This document shows positions 49,265-58,658 of a DNA stretch of 64,000 nt, one piece after another. The position numbers and the translations under genes were made by a program. Under the pieces are notes generated by a model. The model worked only from the letters and a program-made list of their open reading frames with translations, searched no databases and was not told where the DNA came from. The stretch lies in contig OZ257156.1 in the NCBI GenBank assembly GCA_965279375.1, positions 3,200,001 through 3,264,000 of the forward strand, written 5' to 3'. The stretch is from Gemmatimonas sp. (GTDB taxonomy: Bacteria > Gemmatimonadota > Gemmatimonadetes > Gemmatimonadales > Gemmatimonadaceae). How positions within the stretch are numbered: the first letter of the stretch is position 1; every line of letters starts with the position of its first letter.

Positions 49265-50083
49265 ATGCGCATCGACACTCGACGCTCGCTCGCCACAGGC
49301 CTGACTGCTGCATTCCTGGTGCTCACGGGCAGCGGTACCGTCCTCGCGCAGAGTGCAAGCGGGGGCGTGCGGCACTATCGAATCGACAGCAAGACCGAGC
49401 AGCTGGTGGATGCCGCGGCGATCGGCGCCGGAAAGCAGCAGGCGCTACTCGATCGGTCCGCGTTTCTCCGCGTGACGCTGGCCGATTCGGGAGCCGCGTC
49501 GACCATGCGCGTCGTCATCGATTCGCTTGTGGAGCGCGGCCCCAATTTGCCGCCGGGCATCGCGGCCACGGTGGACAGCGCCCGAGGCAAGGTCTTCACG
49601 GCGGCGCTCGACAAGGCCGGAAGCGTGACCCAACTCGCATATCCGAGTGCCGGCGGCACGTTGGCCACGGCGCTGGGCGGGCAGCTTGAGGTGTTCCTGC
49701 CGACCCTCAAGGCTGGCTTCGCGACGGGTGATACATGGACCATTCGCAGCGAACGGCCACAGACGATCACCAATGGACGCCTGACGGTGAAGCGCAGCAC
49801 GTCGTATACCGCCAAGGGTGAAGCGCTTCGGAATGGGGCCCCCGCACGGCGGCTCGACTTCACCTTCACGACGTCGGTGACCGGGACGCAGCAGCTCGGT
49901 GCGGCCTCCGCGCAGGTGGAGGGGACGTCCGTGGGCACTGGCACCGCGTTCGTTTCGCGCGCGGGCGTGTACCTCGGAGGCACGCGCACGGAAAAGGTCG
50001 AGCGCAGATTGCAACTCGATGGAGCGCCCGCGCCGGTGGTGGTGACCGCACAGAGCACCACCTCCATCACGCTGGTCAAGTAG
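49265..50083 (+). CDS. Hypothetical secreted beta-rich protein
   Basis: Signal peptide (TRRSL..VLA-Q); coherent codon usage; no recognised motif. Confidence 0.7.
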   Translation: MRIDTRRSLATGLTAAFLVLTGSGTVLAQSASGGVRHYRIDSKTEQLVDAAAIGAGKQQALLDRSAFLRVTLADSGAASTMRVVIDSLVERGPNLPPGIAATVDSARGKVFTAALDKAGSVTQLAYPSAGGTLATALGGQLEVFLPTLKAGFATGDTWTIRSERPQTITNGRLTVKRSTSYTAKGEALRNGAPARRLDFTFTTSVTGTQQLGAASAQVEGTSVGTGTAFVSRAGVYLGGTRTEKVERRLQLDGAPAPVVVTAQSTTSITLVK

Positions 50084-50145
50084 TGCCGCAGGTGCCCGCG
50101 CGAATGCGCTGAGCCCGCCGCGATCAAATTGAGTTGTGCCGGGGA

Positions 50146-50172
50146 GAAATCCGGCGTGCGGTGAGCGTCGTA
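50146..50172 (+). promoter_or_regulatory. Putative ECF-sigma (SigK/RpoT-like) promoter
   Basis: GAAATCC-16 nt-CGTA about 100 bp upstream of the DUF4331 operon. Confidence 0.4.
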
Positions 50173-50271
50173 GCTGGGGTGTTCGACCAAGCTCGGTTGA
50201 TCTGGGCCCGTCAATTGCGATAGGCGGGTGCGACCGAGTTCACGATACGTCCCCGTTCACCGGAGTCATCC

Positions 50272-50994
50272 ATGCCCCGTTCGTTTGTCACCAGGCGCCT
50301 GCTGCGCAATGCCGCATTTGTCGTCGCCAGCGTTACCGCGCTCACCGTCGCGCAGCGCGTCTACGCGTCCGATCACCAGGACACGCCCGAAGTCGAGCTG
50401 AATCCGCGTACGGACATCAACGATGTCTATGCGTTCCCGGGCTCCAGCGCCGATCGCATCGCGCTCGTACTGACGACGTCGAGCCCCATCGCGGGCACGT
50501 CGGCGTCGTTCGACCCGAATCTTCTGTATCAGCTGAAGATCGACAACACGGGCGACGCCGTCGAAGATCGCGTCATTCAGATCACCTTCGACGACGGTGT
50601 GGGTTCCGCGCAGAAGTACACCGTGCGCGGCCCGGTCGTACCCTCGATGACCGGCACCAAGACGGCGCTCGTCACGACGGGCGATGTGGTCACGGGCAAT
50701 GTCGGTAGCACGGCAGGTTCCGCCACCGCCACGCAGGTGTTCGCCGGGTTGCGCGCCGATCCGTTCGTGATCGATCTCGAACAGTTCTTCAACATCATCC
50801 CGGACCGTCGCCCGTCCACCGGGCCGCTCTCCGTACAGAATGGTGCGCCCGCCGGAGCGTTCCGCACGCCTGGCGTGGACTTCCTGAAGCCGTTCAATGC
50901 GCTCGCGATCGTCATCGAACTTCCCAAGGCGCTGCTGCAGTCCGCCACCGCTGCTGACGCGAAGTTCGGCGTCTGGGGCACGATCAGCCGCTAG
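50272..50994 (+). CDS. DUF4331 family secreted protein (N-terminal half)
   Basis: Signal peptide then SDHQDTP; DINDVYAF, Y.LKIDNTGD, VFAGLRADPF..DL; GGAG SD. Confidence 0.8.
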   Translation: MPRSFVTRRLLRNAAFVVASVTALTVAQRVYASDHQDTPEVELNPRTDINDVYAFPGSSADRIALVLTTSSPIAGTSASFDPNLLYQLKIDNTGDAVEDRVIQITFDDGVGSAQKYTVRGPVVPSMTGTKTALVTTGDVVTGNVGSTAGSATATQVFAGLRADPFVIDLEQFFNIIPDRRPSTGPLSVQNGAPAGAFRTPGVDFLKPFNALAIVIELPKALLQSATAADAKFGVWGTISR

Positions 50995-51071
50995 TTCGTC
51001 GCTGAGTCGCGCCGCATCACCGCAACTGCGCTGCATCTACTACGCCCTTTCACATACTCGGAGCTCTATCC

Positions 51072-51632
51072 ATGCGACAGCTGTTCTCGCCGCGCGCGTT
51101 CGCGCTGGCCCTCGCGATTCCCGTCCTGGCGGCTTGCTCGGACGACAACAACGACGGCGGCGGCATCACCACGCCCACGACGCCCGTCCGCACCTACACG
51201 CAGGTCGAGCGACTCGGCAATCCGCTCGTCAGCGAAGTGTTCTTCATGAAGCGCGATCACGGCCTGCACAACAGCACCGCACCGGCCACCGATGTCGCCA
51301 ATGATTTTGGTGGCAAGATCAAGGCGTTCACGAACGCGTTCAACCGTGGTCCTGCCATCGCCAACACGCTCGCGGCGGTGCTCGTCCCCGACATGTTGAT
51401 GGTCTACCCCAATCGCGCGGCGAACACCTCTGGTTGGTTGAGCTGGGCGCTCGCCAATGGCTACGGCGGACGCAATCTGCAGGATGACGTCGTCGACGCC
51501 GGCCTCACCGCCATCTTTGGCAAGCTGCTCGATCCGACGGCGACCGCGTTGGCTGGACTCACGTCGGACAACATCAGTACGTCGACGCGCACGTACCTGA
51601 CGACCTTCCCGTACCTGGAAGCGGCACGCTGA
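51072..51632 (+). CDS. DUF4331 family lipoprotein (C-terminal half)
   Basis: LAAC lipobox; QVERLGNPLVSE, PDML, GGRNLQDDVVD, FPYL; GGGAG SD. Confidence 0.78.
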   Translation: MRQLFSPRAFALALAIPVLAACSDDNNDGGGITTPTTPVRTYTQVERLGNPLVSEVFFMKRDHGLHNSTAPATDVANDFGGKIKAFTNAFNRGPAIANTLAAVLVPDMLMVYPNRAANTSGWLSWALANGYGGRNLQDDVVDAGLTAIFGKLLDPTATALAGLTSDNISTSTRTYLTTFPYLEAAR

Positions 51633-52876
51633 TGTCGATACGGACGATGCGTCGGCTGGTACTCGTTGCCATCGCTGCGGCACTTGGCGGTCTGGCCATC
51701 GTCCGTACGTCAGACCTCACGCCGGCCGCGACAAGGCAAACCACGAAAATCGCGGCGGTACAGCACGAACCCGGATTCTCCGAACGCGATATGCGCGACG
51801 AGCAGATTCGGGTGTGGCATCAGGCCCTCGATGCCGACCCAACGAGCGCGATTGCGTTGGGTCAGCTCGCAGCCTTGCATCTGCAGCGTGCCCGCGAAGG
51901 CGGCACGTGGGATGACTACGTACAGGCCGAGTCATTCGCGCGTCGCTCGCTCGGCAAACGGACACAACGCAATGCGGCGACCGCCTCGACGCTGGTCTCT
52001 GTGTTGCTGGCGCAGCATCGCTTCACGGAAGCGCGCGATGTGGCGGCCGAACTGGTGGAGCGCGAGCCCGACATCCCGCAGTATCGCGCCACGCTCGGCG
52101 AAGTCGCCATGGAGCTTGGTGACGACGCGACGGCCGAGCGGATGTTTCGCTCGGTGTGGCGGGAGCGCCATCTGTTGACGATCGCGCCGCGCGTTGCGCG
52201 TTGGCTCGAACTCACCAATCATGTTCGCGAGGCGCGGCAGCTACTGATTGCGGCGCGCAACGACGCCGTATCGCGACGCGACGTGGCCAAGGAAACGCAG
52301 GCCTGGTTCGAGATGCGCGTCGGCGACCTGGAGCTGCGCGACGGGCATCTGCGCGCAGCCGAGACGGCGTTCCGCGCGGGGCTGGCCATCGAGCCGGATG
52401 ATCCGCGACTTCTTGCGGCAATGGCGCGACTGGCCGACGCGAAGGGCAACGCGGCTGATGTCGCATCGTGGGGAGAACGCGCCATCGGATTGCAGCTCGA
52501 TCCAGCAACGCTCGGCCTCGTAGGCGATGCGTACGCCGCGCAGGGCGATAGTGCACGGGCGGCGGAATACTTCCAGTCTCTCGAAGTCGCGGTCAGCATG
52601 CAGCCGGGAGCGTATCATCGCGCGTGGAGCCTGTACCTGCTCGAGCACGGCCTCCGTGTGGACGACGTGCTGCGCAAGGCGCAGGACGAACTGGTGCAAC
52701 GCAAGGACATCTACGGCTACGACATTCTGGCGCTCGCGCTCTACAAGTCCGGGCGACAGGCGGAGGCACAAGAGGCGATGCGGCAAGCGCTGCGACTGAA
52801 CACGCCCGATCCGCTGTTGCGCCGTCATGCGCAGCTGATCAACGCGCCGTTGATCGCCTCGGCCGTGGTGCGCTGA
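51632..52876 (+). CDS. Tetratricopeptide-repeat protein with N-terminal anchor/signal
   Basis: TGATG coupling; helical Ala/Leu/Glu/Arg repeats such as LALALYKSGRQAEAQEAMRQAL. Confidence 0.82.
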   Translation: MSIRTMRRLVLVAIAAALGGLAIVRTSDLTPAATRQTTKIAAVQHEPGFSERDMRDEQIRVWHQALDADPTSAIALGQLAALHLQRAREGGTWDDYVQAESFARRSLGKRTQRNAATASTLVSVLLAQHRFTEARDVAAELVEREPDIPQYRATLGEVAMELGDDATAERMFRSVWRERHLLTIAPRVARWLELTNHVREARQLLIAARNDAVSRRDVAKETQAWFEMRVGDLELRDGHLRAAETAFRAGLAIEPDDPRLLAAMARLADAKGNAADVASWGERAIGLQLDPATLGLVGDAYAAQGDSARAAEYFQSLEVAVSMQPGAYHRAWSLYLLEHGLRVDDVLRKAQDELVQRKDIYGYDILALALYKSGRQAEAQEAMRQALRLNTPDPLLRRHAQLINAPLIASAVVR

Positions 52877-52878
52877 AC

Positions 52879-53484
52879 ATGTCGGAACTCTGGGCATTCG
52901 CGCAGCTGGGATTCGGACACATCGTCGCGTGGGATGCGGCGGATCACATTCTGTTCCTGCTGGTTCTGGCGGCTATCTACCGCGGCCGCGATTGGCGCGC
53001 GGCGCTGGCGGTGATCAGCGCGTTCACTGTTGGTCATTCGCTGACGCTCGCGCTCGCGGTCACCGATACGCTCGTGCTCCCTTCCCGCATCGTCGAATTT
53101 CTGATTCCCGTGACGATCGTCGCGACGGGCGTTGAGAATCTGTGGCTGCGCGAACGAGCCGCTGCGGGAACGTCAGCGAGACATCGGCCAATCTTCGCCG
53201 GCCTGTTCGGCCTTGTGCATGGCGCTGGCTTTGCGGGCTACCTCAAGAGTCTCTTCGTGGCGCAGCTCGCGCTCCCGTTGCTTGGCTTCAACCTTGGCAT
53301 CGAGGTGGGGCAGTTGGTCGTGCTCGCCGCCGCTGCGGTCGTATTCCTCACCGGCGATCGACTGTTGCGCGTACTGTTCGCGCCGCGGACCGCCTCGAGT
53401 GCGTTTCAGTGGCGACTGATGTGTGTGTCCGCCGTCATCACCGTGATCGCGAGCGGGTGGGCGTGGGAGCGCTTTCCGCGATGA
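52879..53484 (+). CDS. HupE/UreJ family membrane protein (putative Ni/Co transporter)
   Basis: LGFGHI, DHILFLL, AFTVGHSLTL, VEFLI..TI, FGLVHG.GFA, FNLGIEVGQ. Confidence 0.9.
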   Translation: MSELWAFAQLGFGHIVAWDAADHILFLLVLAAIYRGRDWRAALAVISAFTVGHSLTLALAVTDTLVLPSRIVEFLIPVTIVATGVENLWLRERAAAGTSARHRPIFAGLFGLVHGAGFAGYLKSLFVAQLALPLLGFNLGIEVGQLVVLAAAAVVFLTGDRLLRVLFAPRTASSAFQWRLMCVSAVITVIASGWAWERFPR

Positions 53485-53990
53485 GCACGAACGTGTGGCG
53501 GCGGTGGGGAGTGGTCGCGGCCTCGATGGCAATGCTGGTTGCCTCGCCACGACTGGCGCACGCGCACGCGATCCATACCACGATGACTGTGGTGACCGCC
53601 GATGCCGGAGGGGTCACGCTGCGCATTCGATCGTTCGCGGATGACTTCTCCGGCGCCGTTGCTCGGTATGCCGGCCGGTCGGCTCCTCGCGATTCGTCCG
53701 TGCTGGAGGCCGAAGTGCTGCGCTATGTGCGAGCGCAGTTCACTGCGGCGTCGTCAAGCGGCACTGCACTGCAACTCAGCTCCTGTGGCATCACACGCGC
53801 CAAGGAGCTGTACTGGGTGTGTGTGCGCATTGACGGTGCGCGATCGCTGGCCGGCCTGCTGCTGCGCAACCGCATGCTGACCGAATGGCACGCCGATCAG
53901 GTGAACATCGTGCAGGTTGAAGGCCCCAAATCCCGACGAACGATGCTCTTCACGAAGAACAGTGCTCCCGCCGCTATCGGCGCGGCATGA
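53481..53990 (+). CDS. DUF6702-like secreted protein
   Basis: ATGA coupling; signal peptide ending AHA then HAIHTTMT; IRSFADD; N.ML.E...DQVNIV. Confidence 0.7.
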   Translation: MSTNVWRRWGVVAASMAMLVASPRLAHAHAIHTTMTVVTADAGGVTLRIRSFADDFSGAVARYAGRSAPRDSSVLEAEVLRYVRAQFTAASSSGTALQLSSCGITRAKELYWVCVRIDGARSLAGLLLRNRMLTEWHADQVNIVQVEGPKSRRTMLFTKNSAPAAIGAA

Positions 53991-55056
53991 GCACGGTGTA
54001 GTCGAAGTCGAGCACGACCGCAGGATCGTACGCGCCGTTCGCGTCCTGGTACGGAAAGTCTGCACAGGCGCGATCCTTCGTCGCGACGGTGCGCAGGCGC
54101 ATCGCACCTATGTCCGATCGCCCGGGCAGCGCGTCCTTCGACAACACCTCCGTCCACGCATAGATGGTGTCGCCCGCGAAACAGGGCGCCACGTGCCGCC
54201 CTCCGTTGATGGCCGCGATCGTCTGCGCGTTCGCCAAGCCGTTGAACGACAGCGCACGTGCGAGGCTGATGATGTGGCCACCGTACACGATCCGTCGCCC
54301 GAAGCGTCCCTCGCGTTCCACGTGCGAGTTGAAGTGCACCTTGGCCGTGTTCTGGTAGAGCCGAGCCGCGAGCATGTGCTCCGCCTCCTCGATTGTCATA
54401 CCGTCCACATGATCGATGTGCTCGCCGACGGCGTAGTCGTCCCAGAGAAACGGACTGCCGGCCATGGTCGTGTCGTAGCGCCCCGGTGCGACGGCGTACG
54501 GCACGTGCAGCGTTGCAGTTGCCACAGATTCAGACAACTCGGGGACGACTGGCGTCGGGGCCGCTGCCGACACAGCGCGCTTGCGCACCATGGCCCAGCG
54601 CGTGTACTCGACCACCATCGCACCATGCTGATTGGTTCCCACCGAGCGCACGTACACGACGCCGGTCTTTCCGTCCTTGTTCTCCTTTACGCCCAGCACG
54701 GTGGACGTGGTCGTCACCGTGTCGCCCGGATACAGCGGCTCACCAAACCGACCGTCGGCGTAACCCAGATTGGCGATGGCGTTGAGCGATACGTCAGGCA
54801 CGGTCTTGCCAAAGACCAGGTGAAACGCGAGCAGACTATCCACCGGCGCGGTGGGCAAGCCAAGCGATTGCGCGAACGGCGCTGACGAGTTGATCGCGAA
54901 GCGCCCGCCGAAGAGCGCTGTGTAGAGCGCGACCTCGCCGGTCGTAACCGTGCGCGGCGTGGCGTGCTGAATGACTTGTCCGAGAAAGAAGTTCTCGAAG
55001 AAGTTGCCAGCACGCGTCTTACCGGTGAGTCCGGTGTCGACCGGCGTCGCGTTCAT
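53974..55056 (-). CDS. mch: Mesaconyl-C1-CoA hydratase (beta-methylmalyl-CoA dehydratase), double MaoC fold
   Basis: KT.AGNFFE.F..GQVI.HATPRTVT, FGKTVPDVSLNAIANLGYA, YQNTAKVHFN, YGGHIIS.ARALSFNGL; cluster context. Confidence 0.92.
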   Translation of the reverse strand: MNATPVDTGLTGKTRAGNFFENFFLGQVIQHATPRTVTTGEVALYTALFGGRFAINSSAPFAQSLGLPTAPVDSLLAFHLVFGKTVPDVSLNAIANLGYADGRFGEPLYPGDTVTTTSTVLGVKENKDGKTGVVYVRSVGTNQHGAMVVEYTRWAMVRKRAVSAAAPTPVVPELSESVATATLHVPYAVAPGRYDTTMAGSPFLWDDYAVGEHIDHVDGMTIEEAEHMLAARLYQNTAKVHFNSHVEREGRFGRRIVYGGHIISLARALSFNGLANAQTIAAINGGRHVAPCFAGDTIYAWTEVLSKDALPGRSDIGAMRLRTVATKDRACADFPYQDANGAYDPAVVLDFDYTVLMPRR

Positions 55057-55060
55057 CGGT

Positions 55061-56104
55061 TCAGAACCCATAGGCTGCAGCGAGCTCCGGATCCTTTCGT
55101 GCGACGAGCTCTGCGAGGTCCACGATCACCTTCGCCTGCTTCCACGTCGCGTCGTCCTGCATCTTCCCGTCGATAGTGGCCACACCGCTGCCCGACGGAA
55201 TCGCCTCGATCACGCGCTTGGCGAACAGCACTTCCTTCACATCCGGACTGAAGACACGACGCGCGATGGCGATTTGATTGGGAGCGAGTGACCACGCGCC
55301 GCTGCATCCCATGATGAATGCGTTGCGGAACTGTGCCTCGCATCCCGCTTCGTCCTTGAGATCGCCAAACGGACCGTAGAACGCACGGATACCGTGTGAC
55401 ACGCAAGCGTCCACCATGCGCGCGACGGTGTAGTGCCACAGATCCTGCTGCACGAACGTTCGCGCCGCGCCATCGTCGGTTGGATCACCCAGCACGCCGT
55501 AGAATGGATGCCCGCCGCCGACTCGCGTTGTCTTCATGCCGCGCGATGCCGCAAGATCCGCCGGCCCGAGGCTCATGCCATGCATACGCGGACTCGCGCC
55601 CGCGATCTGCTCGACGTTCTTGACCCCTTCGGCGGTCTCCAGAAGCGCATGCAGCAGGATGGGGCGCTTCACCTGATAGCGCGCCTCCAGCAACGCGAGA
55701 TACTGATCGACAAAGTGGATGTCCCACGGTCCCTCCACCTTGGGAATCATGAACACGTCCACCTTGTTGCCGGCTTCGCGCACGATGTCGTGCAGATCGT
55801 CGAGGAACCACGGGCTGTTGAGACAGTTCACTCGCACCCAGAGTGCGGTGTCGCCAAAGTCATTGTCGCGCGCAACGCTGATGAACCCCTGTCGCGCCGC
55901 TTCCTTGTCGTCGATGGGGATAGCGTCTTCCAGATTGCCGCAGAGGACATCGGTCTGCTTGGCCATCTCGGGCACACGGGCGCGGATCTTCTCGATGTGC
56001 GGCGGAAAGAAGTGAATCATCCGCTCGGGGCGCACCGGGAGTTCGCGCAACGGCACAGGTGCACCGATGGCGAGCGGCTTGTAGAAATTCACAGGGAGCT
56101 TCAT
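55061..56104 (-). CDS. mcl: (S)-malyl-CoA / beta-methylmalyl-CoA / (S)-citramalyl-CoA lyase, Chloroflexus type
   Basis: [84 protein letters not shown] match the recalled C. aurantiacus Mcl. Confidence 0.95.
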   Translation of the reverse strand: MKLPVNFYKPLAIGAPVPLRELPVRPERMIHFFPPHIEKIRARVPEMAKQTDVLCGNLEDAIPIDDKEAARQGFISVARDNDFGDTALWVRVNCLNSPWFLDDLHDIVREAGNKVDVFMIPKVEGPWDIHFVDQYLALLEARYQVKRPILLHALLETAEGVKNVEQIAGASPRMHGMSLGPADLAASRGMKTTRVGGGHPFYGVLGDPTDDGAARTFVQQDLWHYTVARMVDACVSHGIRAFYGPFGDLKDEAGCEAQFRNAFIMGCSGAWSLAPNQIAIARRVFSPDVKEVLFAKRVIEAIPSGSGVATIDGKMQDDATWKQAKVIVDLAELVARKDPELAAAYGF

Positions 56105-56140
56105 ACCGGTTACCAGTTTCGGGTTACGGGTGGCGAGTAG

Positions 56141-57361
56141 TTAGGAGACGGGCCCCGACACCACATGCGCGTCGTGGAGTGCGCCAACGGCGGCGGCGCT
56201 GAGGCCGAGCACGTCGAGCAGGATCTCGTCGGTGTGTTGGCCGAGTCGTGGAGCGCTGGCTGCGGGGAGTCGGTCGGAGGCGCTGAAGTGCAGGGGAGTG
56301 CCGGGAGTCAGATAGTGGCCGGTATCCGGATGCGTCACGTCAGCAAACAGCGGGTTGTCTGTTGAGAGATCGAGATCTTCCAACAGCGCTTCGCGCACCG
56401 TCCGATACGGGCCCCATGTCACGCGATGTGCGTCCAGCGTCGTGCGCACATCGGTCAGCGGGCGTGCGGCAAACCACGGTTCGAGCAGCGCGGCGATCTG
56501 TTCGCGTGCCAGGAACCGGTTGCCCTCGGTCGCGAGATCGAGCCCCAGCGACTCGCCGAGCGCGCGCACATCCTCGGCGATGCCCGTTGCCTTCACCAGT
56601 GTGCTCCACTGCAGCTCCGTGAGTCCGACGACCATCACGCGCGCACCGTCCGCCGTGGTGAAATCGCGTCCGAAGGCACCGTACAGGTAGTTGCCGTAAC
56701 GCGGCCGATCCTCATCGTTGACGGACACTTCCGCGATCATCCCCAGATTGCCGAGCATCGCCAGCCCGACATCCTTGAGTGCGAGCGTCACGAGCTGCCC
56801 CTCACGCGTACGCGAGCGATGGCGTTCGGCTGCGAGAATCGCCACCGCGATCATGTTCCCCGTGATGGCGTCCCACGCCGGAAATACATGGTTAACCGGA
56901 TCGGACGCGTCGGGTGCGCCTGTCAGGGCGGGGAAGCCGAGCGCAGGATTGACGGTATAGTCCACCTCGGATCCGCCGTCCCGGCGGCCGAGGAGGTTGA
57001 CCATGATCAGATCGTCGCGCTGGGCGCGCAGGCGTTCGTAGTCGAGCCAGCCGCGCGCGGGGAAGTTGGTGCTGAAGATGCCGGCGTCCGCACCCGGTGC
57101 GCAGATCAGTTGCGTGAGCAATTCCTGGCCGCGCGGGTTTCGCAAATCCACCGCAATCGATCGCTTGCCCTTGTTGAGCCCATCCCAGAACAGGCTATGG
57201 CCCGTCGACTGTGAGACGGGCCAGCGTCGATAGTCGAGGCCACCGCCAATCTGATCGAAGCGGATCACATCAGCGCCAAGCTGGGCCAGCGTCATGCCAC
57301 CCAGCGGCGCCGCGACGAACGCGGACCCTTCGACGATGCGCATGCCGCGCAACACGCCCAT
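56141..57361 (-). CDS. mct: Mesaconyl-CoA C1-C4 CoA transferase (2-methylfumaryl-CoA isomerase), family III
   Basis: VEGSAFVAAPLGGMTLAQLGADVIRFD, GGGLDY.RWP, GRRDGGSEVDYTVN; TGATG coupling to smtB. Confidence 0.93.
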   Translation of the reverse strand: MGVLRGMRIVEGSAFVAAPLGGMTLAQLGADVIRFDQIGGGLDYRRWPVSQSTGHSLFWDGLNKGKRSIAVDLRNPRGQELLTQLICAPGADAGIFSTNFPARGWLDYERLRAQRDDLIMVNLLGRRDGGSEVDYTVNPALGFPALTGAPDASDPVNHVFPAWDAITGNMIAVAILAAERHRSRTREGQLVTLALKDVGLAMLGNLGMIAEVSVNDEDRPRYGNYLYGAFGRDFTTADGARVMVVGLTELQWSTLVKATGIAEDVRALGESLGLDLATEGNRFLAREQIAALLEPWFAARPLTDVRTTLDAHRVTWGPYRTVREALLEDLDLSTDNPLFADVTHPDTGHYLTPGTPLHFSASDRLPAASAPRLGQHTDEILLDVLGLSAAAVGALHDAHVVSGPVS

Positions 57362-58587
57362 CAGATGACCCGCTTCTGCCGCAGCGTTGCGATCTCCGAA
57401 TCGCTCAGTTCCAGCAATTCTCGCAGCACTTCGTCGGTGTGTTGCCCAAGCGTGGGGCCTAGGCTGCGGATGCTCCCGGGCGTCTCTGACAGCAGCGGTA
57501 CAGGTGACGGCACGATGATGGACTCACCGGTCGAGGGTTCGTCCACCGCCACAAGATTGCGGCGCGCGTGAAACTGACGATCGCCAAAGATGTCCGCGAT
57601 GTTGTTGAGCGGTCCTGCCGGCGTATCGGTGGCGTAGCAGCGCTCGAGCACCTCTTCTCTCGTAAGCGAGCCGCACCAGTCGCGGACGATCTCGTTCACG
57701 TCGTGGCGGTGATGCAACCGCGTCTTCTGCTCGCCGTATGTACTCGACGAGGCAAGCTCGGGGCGGCCCATCGCCAGTGCCAGTCGCATGAACAGCTTGT
57801 CGGTGGCGCACGAAATGGCCACCCACTTGCCGTCCTTGGTGGCAAAGTGTCCGTGAGGACAGGCGAAGTCGTTGTGCGACGAGCCCAGTCGCTCGCGCAC
57901 GATGCCGTACATCGCAAAGGCGGGTGCCAGCTCCTCGGTGGCGCGGAATACCGATTCATACAGTGCCGCGTCCACGTACTGCCCTTCGCCCGTCGCCTCG
58001 CGATGACGTAGCGCCATCAGCACGCCGAGGCAGCCATAGAGCCCGGTCATGTAGTCGCCGAGCGTCGTGGAGCCCGGGGTCACGGGAGTGCCCTTGGGCA
58101 TACCGGCGAGGTATGCGATGCCGCCGACGGCATGCGCGACACGCGCGAATCCAGGTCGGTCGCTGTAGGGGCCCGTTTGTCCGTAGCCCGTGACCCGCAG
58201 CATGATCAGTCCCGGATTGATCTCGTGCAGCACATCCCACCCCAGGCCCCACTTCTCGAGCGTGCCGGTGCGGAAGTTCTCGCAGAGGATGTCGGTCTTG
58301 GCGACAAGCTGCTTGAACACCTCGACGCCTTCGGGCCGGCGCAGATCGAGCGTGACGGAGCGCTTGTTGCGCCCTTCGCTCATCCACGTGAGCGTATCGC
58401 CGCGCTTGGAGGGGGTGCCGAAGCGACGCAGGGCATCGCCGCCGACCGGATGCTCCACCTTGAGCACGTCCGCGCCGAACTCGCCGAGAATGGTGGCGCA
58501 GTACGGCGCCGCGATCACGGTCGCAATATCCATCACGCGGATGCCGTCCAGCGGCAACGTGCTGTTCGCTTGCTTCGTGGAGGTCAT
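57361..58587 (-). CDS. smtB: Succinyl-CoA:(S)-malate/(S)-citramalate CoA-transferase subunit B
   Basis: Family III CoA-transferase; [49 protein letters not shown] match recalled SmtB. Confidence 0.88.
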   Translation of the reverse strand: MTSTKQANSTLPLDGIRVMDIATVIAAPYCATILGEFGADVLKVEHPVGGDALRRFGTPSKRGDTLTWMSEGRNKRSVTLDLRRPEGVEVFKQLVAKTDILCENFRTGTLEKWGLGWDVLHEINPGLIMLRVTGYGQTGPYSDRPGFARVAHAVGGIAYLAGMPKGTPVTPGSTTLGDYMTGLYGCLGVLMALRHREATGEGQYVDAALYESVFRATEELAPAFAMYGIVRERLGSSHNDFACPHGHFATKDGKWVAISCATDKLFMRLALAMGRPELASSSTYGEQKTRLHHRHDVNEIVRDWCGSLTREEVLERCYATDTPAGPLNNIADIFGDRQFHARRNLVAVDEPSTGESIIVPSPVPLLSETPGSIRSLGPTLGQHTDEVLRELLELSDSEIATLRQKRVI

Positions 58588-58658
58588 GGCTGCGTCGAAA
58601 TCCGCTGAGCGTGAGGCATTCGTCGGTTAACCGTTCGTTGGTCGGCCGCAGGACCGGA

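Noticed and set aside
53974..56104. mch + mcl as ethylmalonyl-CoA pathway genes only
   Set aside because: Mct, Meh and SmtAB are not part of that pathway, Mcl is Chloroflexus-type, and ccr/ecm/mcd are not in the window.
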